Source: Leidyana gryllorum EB-2025a (Eukaryota; Protista; Apicomplexa). From it: a stretch of DNA of 64,000 bases. The stretch is taken from assembly GCA_048772705.1 (NCBI GenBank), contig JBLWGC010000036.1, positions 186,001-250,000 of the forward strand, given 5' to 3'. Under the pieces are notes generated by a model. That model made no database searches. It worked only from the letters and a program-made list of their open reading frames with translations, and was not told where the DNA came from. The translations under genes and the position numbers were made by a program. Positions 23,951-36,933 of this stretch are shown here, piece by piece. Position 1 is the first letter of the stretch; every line of letters starts with the position of its first letter.

Positions 23951-26900
23951 CTATCTATGTTTATATATTGACTCAGTCCTGTGGGCTGCAGACTCCCCCC
24001 AGCCTCCTTCTTTGGGTAGGGATACAGCCGCGTATCCGGCTCTCCACTACCCCCCAATGACACAACTCCATCTTGTGATGCCTGCTCTGCCGACTTCATC
24101 CGCTCCAGAAATGCAGAGATGTGTAGAATAAACGGCAGTCCGTACTTCTCTGTCTATAGAACATATTGACTACACGCACTGCCTCCAATCTCGGTCTTAC
24201 CTTAACTTTCGCGTTAAACCCGGCCAACTTCATCTCTCTCAACTCCGTCAACGTTCTGGGCAGCTCATCTGCCATTCTACGCAGTCCAGCGAGGTTGATA
24301 ATGGACCCTGCGTCGCGAAGCTGGAACTGAGCGACCATCTTCTTCCTCAACTCAGTCAGCTCAGAATACAACAAATCCTTCTGACTCAGTGTCAAATGCG
24401 TATCGTTGGGCGGAGGCGAGTTCTCCTTGGGACTCTCTTCCAACAGGTCGTCCAAATCCTCCAAGTCACCCCCCCCTCCTGCGAATGGCTGGGGGCATTG
24501 TTGCGTGGCCCACGTAGTCAGCGGCCGAGCCGGCGGGGGGGAGGACTGGATGCTAATGACCTCCTCCTGTGCCTTTTCGACCATTTGCGTCTTGGCGTAT
24601 CGAGTGGGAGCTGCCGTCGTGAACACTTTCGGCGACAATGACCGGGCGCGAGTGATGTCGGGCAAAACATTGGCCGCCTGCCGAGCGCAATCGCCCTCGA
24701 TAATATAAGAGGCCACGCCATTGCTGGGTAACCGCACAACGCGTTCTCCCAGAATCTACGCAGCACCGCGATTTGCGACCGAGTCGAATGCCCCTAACTC
24801 ACTTTGGTCGTTAGCATCTTATTCAAGAGGCGTACACAATCATCGGTGGTCCATTTGCGCTTCTTTAGCCATCCGAACGCCCCCAACTCTGTGAGTGTGG
24901 ATTCGTACAGAGGATATTTCTTGAACTTCAATCCCATCAAGATCGACTTGAGATCCAGAAGTGTCAAGCCGGGCGAATACCCGCCTTGATTCCGGAAAGT
25001 CCCCTGAAGTTCCCGAACAAAGCGCACTATTTCGGCCACTTCCGTCTTACAATCCCTCTTCTCTGACAGAAGGTGCACAACAGCGGTATCTGATCGACAT
25101 TGGAGACCATCACCACTTACCCATGGGCCCGGCTTGACTCCTCCGCTCGCAGTTGTCGCACCGCAAGGCGCACACTCCTTCGAACTTTTCTCCAAAGTGC
25201 TGTCATTGAGGTTGTTTTGGTGGAGTCTTTGCCGCCCGCTTACCTCCAGAAGCAGCGTCCGTCTGCAGGTGAATTGGTCCTCACAAAAGTTGAGCATTTC
25301 CAGGAGTGCCTTGGCCGACCGATCTTTCCTGTTCGAGGGAGGGCCGAGAGTAAATCCGATGGGGTGACCAGTTGAGTGACCTACGCTGCGGCGTCCTTGT
25401 CGGTTTGCGCATCGAGCCATTGGTGACGGCTTTTATCCTTTTGGTCGTAGTACATAATGCAGTACGACTCTAAGCCGTCTCGTCCGGCTCGTCCCGACTC
25501 CTGGTAGAAGTTCTCCACACATTTAGGCATTGCCAGATGGATGACGAATCGGACGTCTTTCTTGTTGATACCCATCCCGAAGGCAATGGTGGCGACCATC
25601 ACTTCGAACTCTTCCGCCATCCAGTCGCGTTGGACTTGTTCTCTGTCTTCAGCCTTCATACCGCCATGGTACATCCCGCTGCGGATTCCTCTCGAGTTCA
25701 TAACGTTTGCCGTCTCCTCCACATTGTTCCGCGAGAGACTGTCACTCAGCTTTCAGCTCACTCCACCCCAAAACGTCGCTCACCAATAGACGATGCCACA
25801 CTTATCGCGGAATTTGGAGCGGATCAGCGGTACAACTTCGTTCTCCAGGGCCTTTGGTCCTCTCTGTCTGACTTGGTACCTACCAGCGGCATCAGCAACG
25901 GTTACGATCGCAATATCGGCTCACTTGAGATTAGGCCGATCGAAGGAGCTGCGGAAGATCTGAGCGTTTCTCATCCCCAGTTGTGACACAACGTCTTCCA
26001 GAATGTCGACTGTTGCGCTGGCCGTTAGTGCCAGTATGGGGACACGAGGGTAGCCTGAGTTTCGCATTGGTGACCTGCCTGGCGACGTCCCGGGGGCTCA
26101 CGGTCGCGGAGATACTTCAACTTGGTGTAGTCCGGCCGGAAGTCATTTCCCCACTGTGAGACGCAATGCGCCTCGTCGATGACAAAACGACATAAACGTC
26201 CCGCCTGGTCGAGTCGATCAAATAATGACAGCAGAGTTTCGCTCGCCCCGATTTTCTCGGGTGTCACAAAGAGGAACTTGAGAGGAGCTGACATGTCAGG
26301 TTTCTCGCTGACGCAACTTGCTCGTTGCCGTTCGACCACTCACCATTCATTGTACACATTCTTCGTCTCCTCCCAGCTCAAGTTGCCCCCTAAGACCTGC
26401 GCGCGGACATTCAATCCGTAAACGGTGTCCGATTGGTCCTACAGGTTTTGTAGACACCTTTTGCACATAGACTACCTGCATGAGACTGACCAAAGGCATG
26501 ACCACTATGGTCACGCCCTCGTCCAGAATACCCGTCAAGTGGAAACACAACGACTTTCCACCGCCAGTGGGAAGCATAACAAAGACGTCGCACCCGCTGA
26601 GCGCAGCATTGATAACTTCTTTCTGTAGCATCTCATGTTCGAAAGCATAACTGCCCTACTTGAAGTGGTCTAAAGGATTCATTTCCGAATATGGTCATGT
26701 TCGTGGATTCCACCACATCATCCCATTCAAATTGATTGGTAAACCACGGCTCAGTGCCGTCACATAGATGACAATTAGGAAGATTAGACAGATCTTTCCG
26801 CAGATTCAAAAGTCGTCGCTTTTGCCCTCGACGACTCTTCATCGTGTGAACTTTCTCATCCACAATATCCTCCTCAACTCCACCGGTCGTGCTTGTGTCC

Positions 26901-27818
26901 ACACCACTCCTTGTCATACTCGACCACTCCTCGCGACCATAAGCCGTCCGCCCCAGTCTTCCCGGTCGCTCTGATGCCCCAAACGGTCGATGCGTCTCTT
27001 TGGAACCGAAACTCTCCGTTGTCGGCACGCTTTCGCGTACTGTCTCTTGCTCCGCCAAACCTTCACACGCATGAGCTCTCAACGCCTCTGGATGGAGAAG
27101 GGGTCGCGCGCGCTGTGAGGGCGCAGCCTGACACTTCCGGCTCGGAGCAAACAGATCCGAAATCTCAACCCTCTTGTCCACACATCCAGCAGCAAAGAGA
27201 TTAGTGGCGTTGGCCGGACCCAATACATTTGCTGGTGAGGGCACCATTCTTGGAGGCTCGTGGGCCAGACGCAAGGGGACCTCCTCCTCCAGCGACGGAA
27301 CCAGTTCCCCCGAGACGCGACTATATACACTGACGATGTGCTGCGCACCGAGTCACAAACTCGAAGGGGGTATCATTCACCTGCAAGTCTTGATGCGAAA
27401 TGCTCGGTACAATCCGTCCACCGACACTCGGCGGGGCAAAGGGGGTTGACAGGCAATACTGAGCAGCGGCATACGAGTTATTACTGACGGCCGCAAGCTC
27501 CTTAGACATTACATCTCGAAAAACGCTCAGGAAGTTGTTGATCAGGGGGGTCTGAGGGTCCCAAGGCGAAGTCGCATGTGTCTGGCGATGTGCCTCAGCG
27601 AGGGCGGGCAATGGGGCGTGTTTTGGACCACTACTAGTTAGCCGATTCTCCACATTGATAGCCACCACATTCGCTCTCTGCGGCGCCGTCTTACTTCTCG
27701 CGGTAGTAGACGCAGATCGCCCAGCAGCTCGAGCTTTGGGCTTCGACTTTGCCTTCGGTTTGAAGGTCTTGGAGGTCTGAGTCGTCAACCGTGGATTGGA
27801 CTTGGCTTTGGGGGGCAT
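23951..27818 (-). CDS. RECQ: RecQ-family DNA helicase (BLM/Sgs1-like) with RQC and HRDC domains
   Basis: FRPLQ, LPTGGGKSLC, DEAHCVSQWGNDFRPDY, ATIAFGMGINK, QESGRAGRDG, RQC CRR..LL, and an HRDC-like segment in ORF 24096-24737. Confidence 0.94.
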
Positions 27819-27841
27819 ATTTTTTTCCTCGAGTGACCAGT

Positions 27842-30703
27842 ATGGTACGGTGGTCGTACTGGAGCAGGAGGGCGGTGGTGTTCAGCTTGCGGCACAGTCG
27901 GTGGACGGGAGCTTTGCTATTCATATTCTTCGCCCTATGGAGAACTTTACGGCTCGATTTCAATGACAAGATATGGCGGGTTCACCCTGCAATGGGCACA
28001 ATGATGGATCGCGAAGTGTATCGATCCAGGCGCTTAATTAGCAATCTACCGGCTGTCATGTCCGTAGAAGCGGTCAAACACGGCTTGGGGCATGAACCTG
28101 TGGTATCGGATGAACTCTGGAGAGGTATATTGGATTTCAGCTTTCACAGTTGGAGCTTCTGCGCAAGTACCATACGTCTGTTATGGACTGTGTCTCGTTG
28201 TGTGTATCAGCTTGCGAACGCCATATATCCTATTCTGAGACCCATATTCGTTGGCTTCTGGGCTTTGCCACGCTTGACAAAAGTGTACTGCCTCGCACTG
28301 CTGACGTTGTCGTGCGTGACAGCAACGCTATGGCGAAAAGGCTATATTCAACGAGCGGGAGCACGACTGCGGGTGTGGCATATGCGCCTGGCTGATCTGG
28401 TTGCGAACTATGGGCCCTATGTCCTGTTCCTTGCGCTCATCTATCTTCCTCTCAAACAAGCGCTATCCTTACCTCATTTCCGTGTACTACACCAGAATCT
28501 GTTGTATTGCATAGCTATATCTTACTCGTTGATCACAAGTATCGGAATTGTAATATTACGACGTTTCCAAGAAATGCGGGTGGCATGTGGAATAATTGAG
28601 CCTCCCAAGAGTGTCGACGGTAGTCTTACACGTCGCACAGAGTTGGCACGGCGACAGATCCATAAGCTGCCTCCTGGAACTGATCTGAGCCGGCCGCCTA
28701 CAGGTGTGGTAGTTGCTTCAACGGTTCTGGGAATGACGACTCCCCGCGGGCTCACCAGTGCGGTCACCCGAGGATCAACCGTAGCCCCTCTGGAAGTCCG
28801 TAAGACCGTATTGCGCCAAGCGGTCGTTCACATTCTGACCTTTTGGGCAACTCTGACTTTGTATCATGCTCTGATGGTGATTCCCGAGAAGATGGTTGAG
28901 ATACTGCTCCGAGAGCCTTTGCCGATATTCTCGATATGGTCCATAGGAGCGAGTTACACGGACAGAGTGCGTAGACTCATCCTTACTCCCACGGCCGTGT
29001 TGGGTTACGATGAAATTATCTATCTGAAAGCGCCACAACACACTATCCCGAACGGCGTGGTTACTGGTATCATTGCCCCCCGGTTGGCCTGGGTGTTACT
29101 CACGTGTCACGAGATACTTACGTCGATTTTGGTGTTGTCGGTTCTTTTGCAGCATGATCGATTTGGAGATTGGATCCGTCGGATTGCAGTGGACTTCCTG
29201 GAATACGTGGTCTACAAATTGGGAGGACTCAAAGTAGTATTGGTGAACCGCGTGCGCCGCACAAAAGAGCGACAAATTGAGAAAGATTACATATTCGGTG
29301 ACACCGACTCCCCTTATATTGGCTATCTCTCGTCCAGAGGTGCAGGGGGTTCTGGAATGATTGTCGGAGATGAGGACGACGACAAGTACGCACGTTCAGT
29401 GCCGGCCTTCCCCACTGCACGAGACGGGCCCCAGGTGCCCAACATACCGCTATTCGATATCCAGGAAGGTGCATATTATCCGACACCCCTCTATCGTGCC
29501 AATTCCGACCAAACGCAGCCTTGGTTGGGTAAACTTCTAGACTTCTTCCGGAATCTCGGTGGACGACATGTGGAAAGATTCTTATTCCTCTTTGGTTTCT
29601 TACCAATTCAAAAGTTGAAGGAGATTGTGATCCATGCAGCCCCATTGTGTTTCTTACTCACTCCGAGCCTCATTTGTCGCCCAGCGTTCCTCATCATCGC
29701 CCTATTCTTGCCCATGCTCTATGGTCTCAAAGGACTGTATCGCAGGGCTCTCGAAAAAGCCGTATATTGGCAGACGTACTACACAGCTCTTATGCTCTTC
29801 ATCGCGGGGCTGGATATACTGGCCAGCTCCTCGCCCCTCGCGGCCTGGCTCGTTTTCGCCTTGAGACCAAAATTCGCTGCGGTGCTGCTACTACTATGGA
29901 TTTGCACAGAACCTGATGTGCTCGGAGTCTTTGTTGTGAACACTGCTTCACGGGTGTCGAAACACTCAGTTCAGGTCGCCTTGTCGGCGCGCCGATCCAC
30001 CACACAGCCAGCGGCCGACGCCCTCAAGATGGAACAGGAGAACTATCCCTGCCATAGTGCCCCCCCTATTGGCCCGCCGGAGCTCAGCGCCCTCGACAAG
30101 GTGAAACAAAGATTGGCTGACAAGGAAAAAACCAATCGGTCCGAAGCCAAGATTGAGGGGCGGAAACTGGATGACTTTTCAGATAAACCAACCCCAGAAG
30201 ACGAGGATAACGACTCATTGTTTCCGCCTCGCCTCTCACCTCCCAAGGACTCCTCATCACATTATAGTGATGTCGCAGCCTCCAAGAAGCCTATGATTGA
30301 CCAAACTCCCACCAGTAACACCGACACACACCCTGCTCCAACCACAAATCAAAAACCCACCAATCCGAGTGATCCAGAGTTTTCCGGTATGTGGGGACGT
30401 ACACGCCGAGCAGGGAGGGCGCGAGCGCCTCCTTCCGAGAGTGCTGGAGCTGGAGAAGACCCCGTCCGAGCGAAGTCCAAGGGAGAAGTCGAGGCAGGGA
30501 AGGAAGATCCAACTCGTCGCACAACCCGTCGCAAGGGAACCGATGTTTCGGCCACGAGTACGGCCACTATAACTAGTCGAAGAGAGTCATCTTTGTCAGG
30601 CAGTACAGCAGGTCTGAAGAAGCGTTCCCAGCCCAAAGCGTTACCGAGAAGGGAACTGCGGTCTCGCAGTCGCCCATCAGCAACGCCCCCAGCAGTAGCC
30701 TAG
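27842..30703 (+). CDS. Large intronless multi-pass membrane protein with TB2/DP1/HVA22 (REEP)-like segment and disordered tail
   Basis: ORF of about 950 codons with many hydrophobic helices. LFLPMLYGLKGL..YWQTYY..AWL..PKF..LLWI resembles the REEP/HVA22 pattern. Start codon uncertain. Confidence 0.7.
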   Translation: MVRWSYWSRRAVVFSLRHSRWTGALLFIFFALWRTLRLDFNDKIWRVHPAMGTMMDREVYRSRRLISNLPAVMSVEAVKHGLGHEPVVSDELWRGILDFSFHSWSFCASTIRLLWTVSRCVYQLANAIYPILRPIFVGFWALPRLTKVYCLALLTLSCVTATLWRKGYIQRAGARLRVWHMRLADLVANYGPYVLFLALIYLPLKQALSLPHFRVLHQNLLYCIAISYSLITSIGIVILRRFQEMRVACGIIEPPKSVDGSLTRRTELARRQIHKLPPGTDLSRPPTGVVVASTVLGMTTPRGLTSAVTRGSTVAPLEVRKTVLRQAVVHILTFWATLTLYHALMVIPEKMVEILLREPLPIFSIWSIGASYTDRVRRLILTPTAVLGYDEIIYLKAPQHTIPNGVVTGIIAPRLAWVLLTCHEILTSILVLSVLLQHDRFGDWIRRIAVDFLEYVVYKLGGLKVVLVNRVRRTKERQIEKDYIFGDTDSPYIGYLSSRGAGGSGMIVGDEDDDKYARSVPAFPTARDGPQVPNIPLFDIQEGAYYPTPLYRANSDQTQPWLGKLLDFFRNLGGRHVERFLFLFGFLPIQKLKEIVIHAAPLCFLLTPSLICRPAFLIIALFLPMLYGLKGLYRRALEKAVYWQTYYTALMLFIAGLDILASSSPLAAWLVFALRPKFAAVLLLLWICTEPDVLGVFVVNTASRVSKHSVQVALSARRSTTQPAADALKMEQENYPCHSAPPIGPPELSALDKVKQRLADKEKTNRSEAKIEGRKLDDFSDKPTPEDEDNDSLFPPRLSPPKDSSSHYSDVAASKKPMIDQTPTSNTDTHPAPTTNQKPTNPSDPEFSGMWGRTRRAGRARAPPSESAGAGEDPVRAKSKGEVEAGKEDPTRRTTRRKGTDVSATSTATITSRRESSLSGSTAGLKKRSQPKALPRRELRSRSRPSATPPAVA

Positions 30704-31611
30704 AGGTCATCCGCTTGAGTGCAAAGAATGGGTCAGGGGACTGTAAAAGCGACTTTGACTTTCTATATGTAAAATCACCCCCTCCCAAGCCGAGAGACCA
30801 CTGACTGTGTTAGCTAGCAAGGAGCCCACTCTAAAGAAGCAGTCACTGTAAGGCTGCTTGTGACACACTGAAGGAAGACCGACTGTGTGGCGGCGGGCCT
30901 GGACATGTGAGAGCCAAAAGCCCGAAGACGCCAGATGACAAGTCTGCCTTCCTCTGAGCTCGAAGGTGCTGAAACCGAGCCAACTGAGCTCCACCTTGTG
31001 GCAGATCGTTCAGCTTCTCGACCCACGCCAGCTTGACGCTGCTTCCAAATGCGATCTGGCCTGTCGATGTATCGCCGACCCAGACAACTCCGAATGTGCT
31101 TCTTTGAGCAAGCCGAAGACGAAGTGGTTTGCAAGAACGCATTTGCGGGGATCGCCAATCCACGTCTCACCCAAGCATACAAAGTGTCCAATCCTCAGTA
31201 GAGTTCCTGCTTTCCAGGTAAGCGACAGCAACAGAATCTGTTTCCGGACGACGCTCAACTATCAGTCACAAATCTCGGTGACCAGTTCGAATTTCCGTTG
31301 CTCAAATCACTGTGCCTCCCTTAGACGAACACCTGTCCGAGTAGCTGAGTGCTGTCACACACGTGCGATTTCCATTGAGAAGCACAGGCGAGAACGTAAC
31401 AATGGCCGCGAACCGCCCACTAATCATTGTACATATCCAGTGGTGGGGCAGCTGAATTGTTGCACACCAGCTTTCTGTGAATTCTTTCCGGCAGAGCCCG
31501 CCTTCATCAACAGCACCGCCCCGAAAGGCCGACTCAGTCGATTTTCACTGGCAAAACCGACTATATAACGAGGCTCACAATCGTCTCCTCTTTGTGGATG
31601 TATCAGCCGCT

Positions 31612-34600
31612 TTACTGGCTCTGCATCTCCAAGTCATCCCAGTCCAGCACATCTGTTGCTTCCTTAGAGAAATCACTGAGGCCTGATGATGAAGTATTGG
31701 ACTCATCAGCTTCAGCTTCCGCCCCAGGGAAGACCGTTGATGTTGTGGTTAGCTGAAGTTGGATCGGTTTGATTGGGGCTGCGAGGTCCCGATCGCTCAA
31801 GGGATTTTCAGCCGCATAACTCTTGGCTTCCTCAATGATGGCGGAGGCAATGGCTAGTCTTCTTCTACGTGTGAGGGATAAGGAGTCCTGATGTGTTCCT
31901 GTAGCCGGGAGCTCAAAAGGATACATGATCTCCAAGGCCTGATCGAGTTCCACTGGGTCCGCTTCCATGACGGATCCGATAGTCATGAATCCGGCGGCTC
32001 GAAGGCACTGGGCACGTTGGCCCACCTACGCATCGCTTATCCAATCAAAAACGTGGAGACACTCACTCGTAGCATCGGCAATACTTGCAACCGGGCCGTC
32101 AGCTCATCTTCTTCCGGCTTATACTCCGCCTCAGTCAGCAAAGCAGCCGCATGTTTGAACAACGCGCTAAGAGTGCCCAGTTCAAGTGTGGCAGTTGCTA
32201 GAGCGAGGGAGTTGGCCATAAAGCCGACATCTCTCTTCAAGTTGTGGATGTCTTTAGGGCTGAGGTCGTAGCTGCATGGAGAAAGATGTGGCAACATCAA
32301 TCCCGAACGATAGCTTACACATGTACGATTTTCTGTAGAGGATTGTGTAACTCGAGCAGCTCGTATAACAGAACCGCTACATAGAAACGGGCGTGTGCCC
32401 ATACTGAGCGTCTGATCATGAGCCCTGTGGGCGACATCTCCCCACTAAAGACAGCCTGATACACTTCCGTGATATCGGCTATCGGCATCTCCTTCAGCTC
32501 GAACTACAGAGCGTCTATGGTCACTGCCGCACACACTCACCTTTCTGCACAGACGCACATCCAGACCACACTGTTGCGCCACACAGCTGACCGTCTCTCC
32601 GCTTGTGACGGGCTGGCTCAGAAAGCTTCGCAATACATTCCATTGGACTGCGAGCCCAGTTGTATTAGAGCGACTCTTGAAAATTGTCAGGGGTATGCAC
32701 AAGTAGAATATGTGGAGGAGCGAGTGGAGGTGTAAGCCGCGCCAAAAGATGTTGAGCACATCACTGAGGGATTCGAGGGCGTCCGGCAGCCTTAATCCAG
32801 AACCAATGACAGCTCGTCCGAGTGGCGAAAGTATAAACTGTCCATTCGGTAGTGGTGTGTGTGGTATCAGTGTCTCTTGCGGGCTGATCTGTGGCAGTGG
32901 TTGGCCCAAAATCCTGGCATTAGACAAGTTTGAGATGTCAGCTGTTTGATCTGCACTGCTGTGGCTCACATATTGTGTACGAGCTCCCAGTGGGTTTTGG
33001 GATGCACGCCTAACGACTGGAGGTATACGCGGGCGTAGCCACTGAATGCCATCGAGTCCGGAGAGTCCTCATCACGGAACATTCCCGTTGGTGTGCACAA
33101 TATCAGAGGACTGGTCACTATTGGGGCCAGCATGCTCGATCCAAAGGATTCGATAGGATTGGCAGATTGGGAAGCAGGTTGCAGGGGCCACACGCATTGG
33201 AAGTGAAAAAGTCCGCGGAGGGCAATGTCTACGTAAGACTTGAATGCGTCCACCGGATGCTGGAGTCCAGCCAAAGTGCCCTGTTTCAGTTCATCAAAGA
33301 GGGCCACACCATCCCAGGTCGGATACAAGACGAACATTTCGAGTACCAAGCGGGCCAACAGCGGACCTCTCAATGCCGACGTACAGGTCAGATCGGGAGA
33401 AGAAATCATAGCGGAGAAGTGACTCTCGAAATCGATCCCTTTGACATTCGGAGGAATCAATATGACCTCTCCTTTGTTACCACTTCGGCCCGCCCTTCCA
33501 GCCATCTGGTGGAACTGCACCCGATTGTGCAAATCACGTTCACTGAGTCGCATTATAACTCGAGAGACGGGTAAATTGACTCCCATTGCCAACGTTGATG
33601 TCGATGCCAACACTCGCAACGTCCCAGAACAATACGCTCCTTCAATCAACCGACGTTCTCCGGGACTCAAACCTGATGACCGCCGTTTAATGTCAGCTCG
33701 CCAATTGTAGAAAAGAACTTACCACCATGATGATAGGCCACACCCGCCAGCAAGGCGCGTCTCAGCAGAGGATTCAACTCGGCTGGAGCGACTACTCGTG
33801 CCAATTGTTGGACCAACTCGACCCTGCGGGGACAATGCAGGCAATTGTTCAGCCTATCTAAAGCCCCGATGTCCCCGTTGTCCATCTTGATCTGGACTTC
33901 AAACAATGCTAATTGACAGACGAGGGTCGCCACGAGTGCCGCAGTGCGCTCAGCGGTATTGCGGGTCGGACAGAATATTAGTACATTCTCCGGGGCTCCT
34001 TCTGGCTGAACACATTGACGCCAAATTTCGTAGCTCAACGCCCCAAGGCTTTCAGGGTCCCGGACGACTACTTCGGAATCCATTCCGATGCCGAGATCCT
34101 CAATCGATTGCCCAATGTTTGTGGGCAATGGGGAGACGTCCAGGGTGAAGGTGAATTGCATCGGTGGGAGTGTGGTCAGATAGCTCCATTCCTGGCTCCC
34201 ATGAGGGTCGTATGTCTTCATCTCTCTTCCATTCCGCAAACTCCAAGTCAAGTCCCTCGGTCGTTCGAAGGCCTTGTAGGGCACAGCGTTTAGCCATCGG
34301 GCCAGCTATGTCCTCGTGTTGGTGCACAGACGGTCTGAACTATCATTCCCACCTCGTCCATATTGCTCAGAGTTGCGGACAGACACACCATCTGAATTGG
34401 GCGTCTCTGTTGTCGTTGTTGGTATTTGTTGATCATCACGATTTTGCTCAATAAGACTTCAATCAGATACCCTCTGAGGCGGCGGTACACATTCGGAATG
34501 GTTCAGACCTCTCGTTAGAGGCTCACCGATTGGGGTCAGATATCTCGTGCGCCTCATCAACTACGATCACACCAAGTCTATCCATTGGATGAGGTTCGTT

Positions 34601-36897
34601 GAGAGAGTACGGCTGAATGGTACTCTTTATCTCCGTGACGAGTTCAGAATCATCTTTCCCGGTGTGAGACAGAAATTCAGAGAGCGGTCTCGCCATCAAC
34701 AGCCGATTGATTAGACTATTCGCCTTCTCCACCGTGCAGATGGAGACGTCCATTGTCGGCGTCCATGAGCCCACAGAGGTCATGCCGCCATAAAAGGCAC
34801 CCAAGCGACAGCCCAGAGCCGCAGGCAGAGCATTCCGTGTCTTGGAGCCCATCTCATCATCTTGGAGATCTTCCGAAGGCTCTAAAGTACGCCAGTTATC
34901 GACGAACTTGGAGCGCCAGCCCTGATATTTCTCCTCACAGATTGCGACATGTGGAAAAATGGCAATCCCGCTACGCCCCGCATAGCAAAGCTCACGGAGG
35001 ATTATCAAGTCGGCGACGAGAGTTTTTCCTCCAGAGGTGGGGGCAGCGTAGACGACGTTTCGGCCTACGTCGCCCGTCTGGCCTTCCTCAGCGGCGAAGA
35101 CGAGTTGCAGTACCTCCTTTTGCCAATCGAAGAGAGTTTTTATGTTGGCTGTGGCAGCGAAACTCCTGAGGTCAGAAGAGGTGGACAGGTTGAGGGAAGT
35201 GTGACCTCACTCCCCAACAGCCCTTGGAAGGGGACAGAAGTTTAAGAGATCCAAGTCATCGCTGTTTCCCCGGCAATACTCAATTAGAGCTGAGGAGTTG
35301 TTGGAGATGAGGGAACTTTTGGGGCCGAGTTCTAAACAGAAAGATGAGAGGTGATGGATGCCTCGTCGGCAGGTGTCGACGTACTCTCGACCCCGTTTTT
35401 TTCCAGTATGGCTTGATCGCGTGCAAATACTCGAAAGCCGGCGGGTTTGGCGAAGACTCTCCCGTGTAGGCTAACATAGACCGTATTGTTATTATTGGTG
35501 ACCTTCTTCTTGTCCTCCAGTGACCGCCAGATTCCGACTCTCCGATGAACAATGTCCTTTTTGCTCACTTGATCGCGGTCTACCGCATGTACCTTGGGCT
35601 TGGTGGGCAGCTGACGACGCTTACGCATGAAACCTATATCGGTTTTTTCTGATAGGCTTCATGGAGACTGTTGAAAATGGTTTCGAGGGTATACTGAGAA
35701 AATGGTCGTGTGGGAATGAATGTTCGAACGACATACCTTTTGGGCTGCCGAACACGATTGGTGGCGATCTGGATGAACGAGAAGCAGTGCCTGTCTGTTG
35801 GACGTCTAGATGACAGATGACTCCCTCTACAGTCATACCTGTAAGTGGGTTTGATCAAAGACGCATTTGTTGTCAACTCTCCTAAGCTGGGACCTCGCCA
35901 GTTCATCTCGGGAGGGAGTACCTATTGGGTGGGACTTTGTGTGAAGAAAGCTGTGACAGATCAAACAACTCACAGAATCTAAAGTGCCCAATAACGTTCG
36001 CGGGTCTTTGATGGTACTGTCACTGGTCCGAGCCCAAGTGCGTAACTTGAGCACCAGTTCATCGTCGACTTCCGTTTTTGCTTCGCCCATGAATCCCAGA
36101 GTAGACGTCGTTGGATTATTATTGCTGCTGGCGGCCGCTGGAGTGTCATCCAACAAGTCTTTGTGCTCGACTTTGGCCGCTTTCATGACATTCTTCGGGG
36201 TGGGGGAATCCGCCGCTCCGATTAAATCCATCGGCAAGCAACCCGGGCTTCCCGCAGCGGTATTTTTCACTATAGGCGGTACGGTCACAGGCGGGCTCGA
36301 GCTTGCCGCCTTGAGAGGTACCGATGGGGAGGCGGCTTGAGATGAGAGCGGTACTTGTGACCGACTGGGAGGGGACGCCACAGGGTTCAGGGAGGCCTCG
36401 GTGGCTGCCACACAATTGCGTTTCACGAGCGCCTTGGTCGGGGGGACGAGGATGCGCAGGTGTATGAGTGGCGACCCGACGCAGGGAATGTCCAATTCGT
36501 GACACGGTACGAAAACGGTGTGAGTTCCGCGTTGCATTGCGGTCGAGATCATTGCTTGTGGGACAGCCTCCCGAATATATTGTGGGAGGCTCTCCACAAT
36601 TCGTCGTAGAGTCGTAGTATTGTTATTGGGGGCTGAGTCAATGGAGGTGCTGCGCATCCCATTCGGGGCGACCACGCAATAATTACCCATTTCAACCCGC
36701 GGGGGCCCAGACATCCGGTTTCGGTAGTCAATGATGTCGTATTTGATCGCCATTCCCCCCATGGGCCCGAACGATGCAGCAAGCAGAGAATTCACATCAC
36801 CGCCGTCTGCTCCCACCGTATGCCGGCTCAGCTGCTCTTCCAATGTCTCCTTCGCCCTGGTGAAGATGGTGGCGAACCCCCGACCCAGCTGCTCCAT
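31612..36897 (-). CDS. HELQ: HELQ/POLQ-type Ski2-like SF2 DNA helicase without polymerase domain, long N-terminal extension
   Basis: LFDWQ, APTSGGKT, VVDEAH, RGYLIEVLLSK, LSATL, LIFCPTR, GVAYHH, STLAMGVNLP, QMAGRAGR and C-terminal RAQCLRAAGF. The join of the 35.3-36.9 kb exons is partly inferred. Confidence 0.85.
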
Positions 36898-36933
36898 CCC
36901 CGCGAAATTGACCGAGAAAAATTGTGCTGAGAT

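Noticed and set aside
31283-31300. RNase P CR-I-like GGAAATTCGAAC on the minus strand
   Set aside because: No convincing CR-V/P4 partner found downstream.
9751-36897. Functional DNA-repair cluster (TOP3, RecQ, HELQ, shugoshin)
   Set aside because: Interspersed with unrelated genes; plausible by chance in such a dense genome without synteny evidence.
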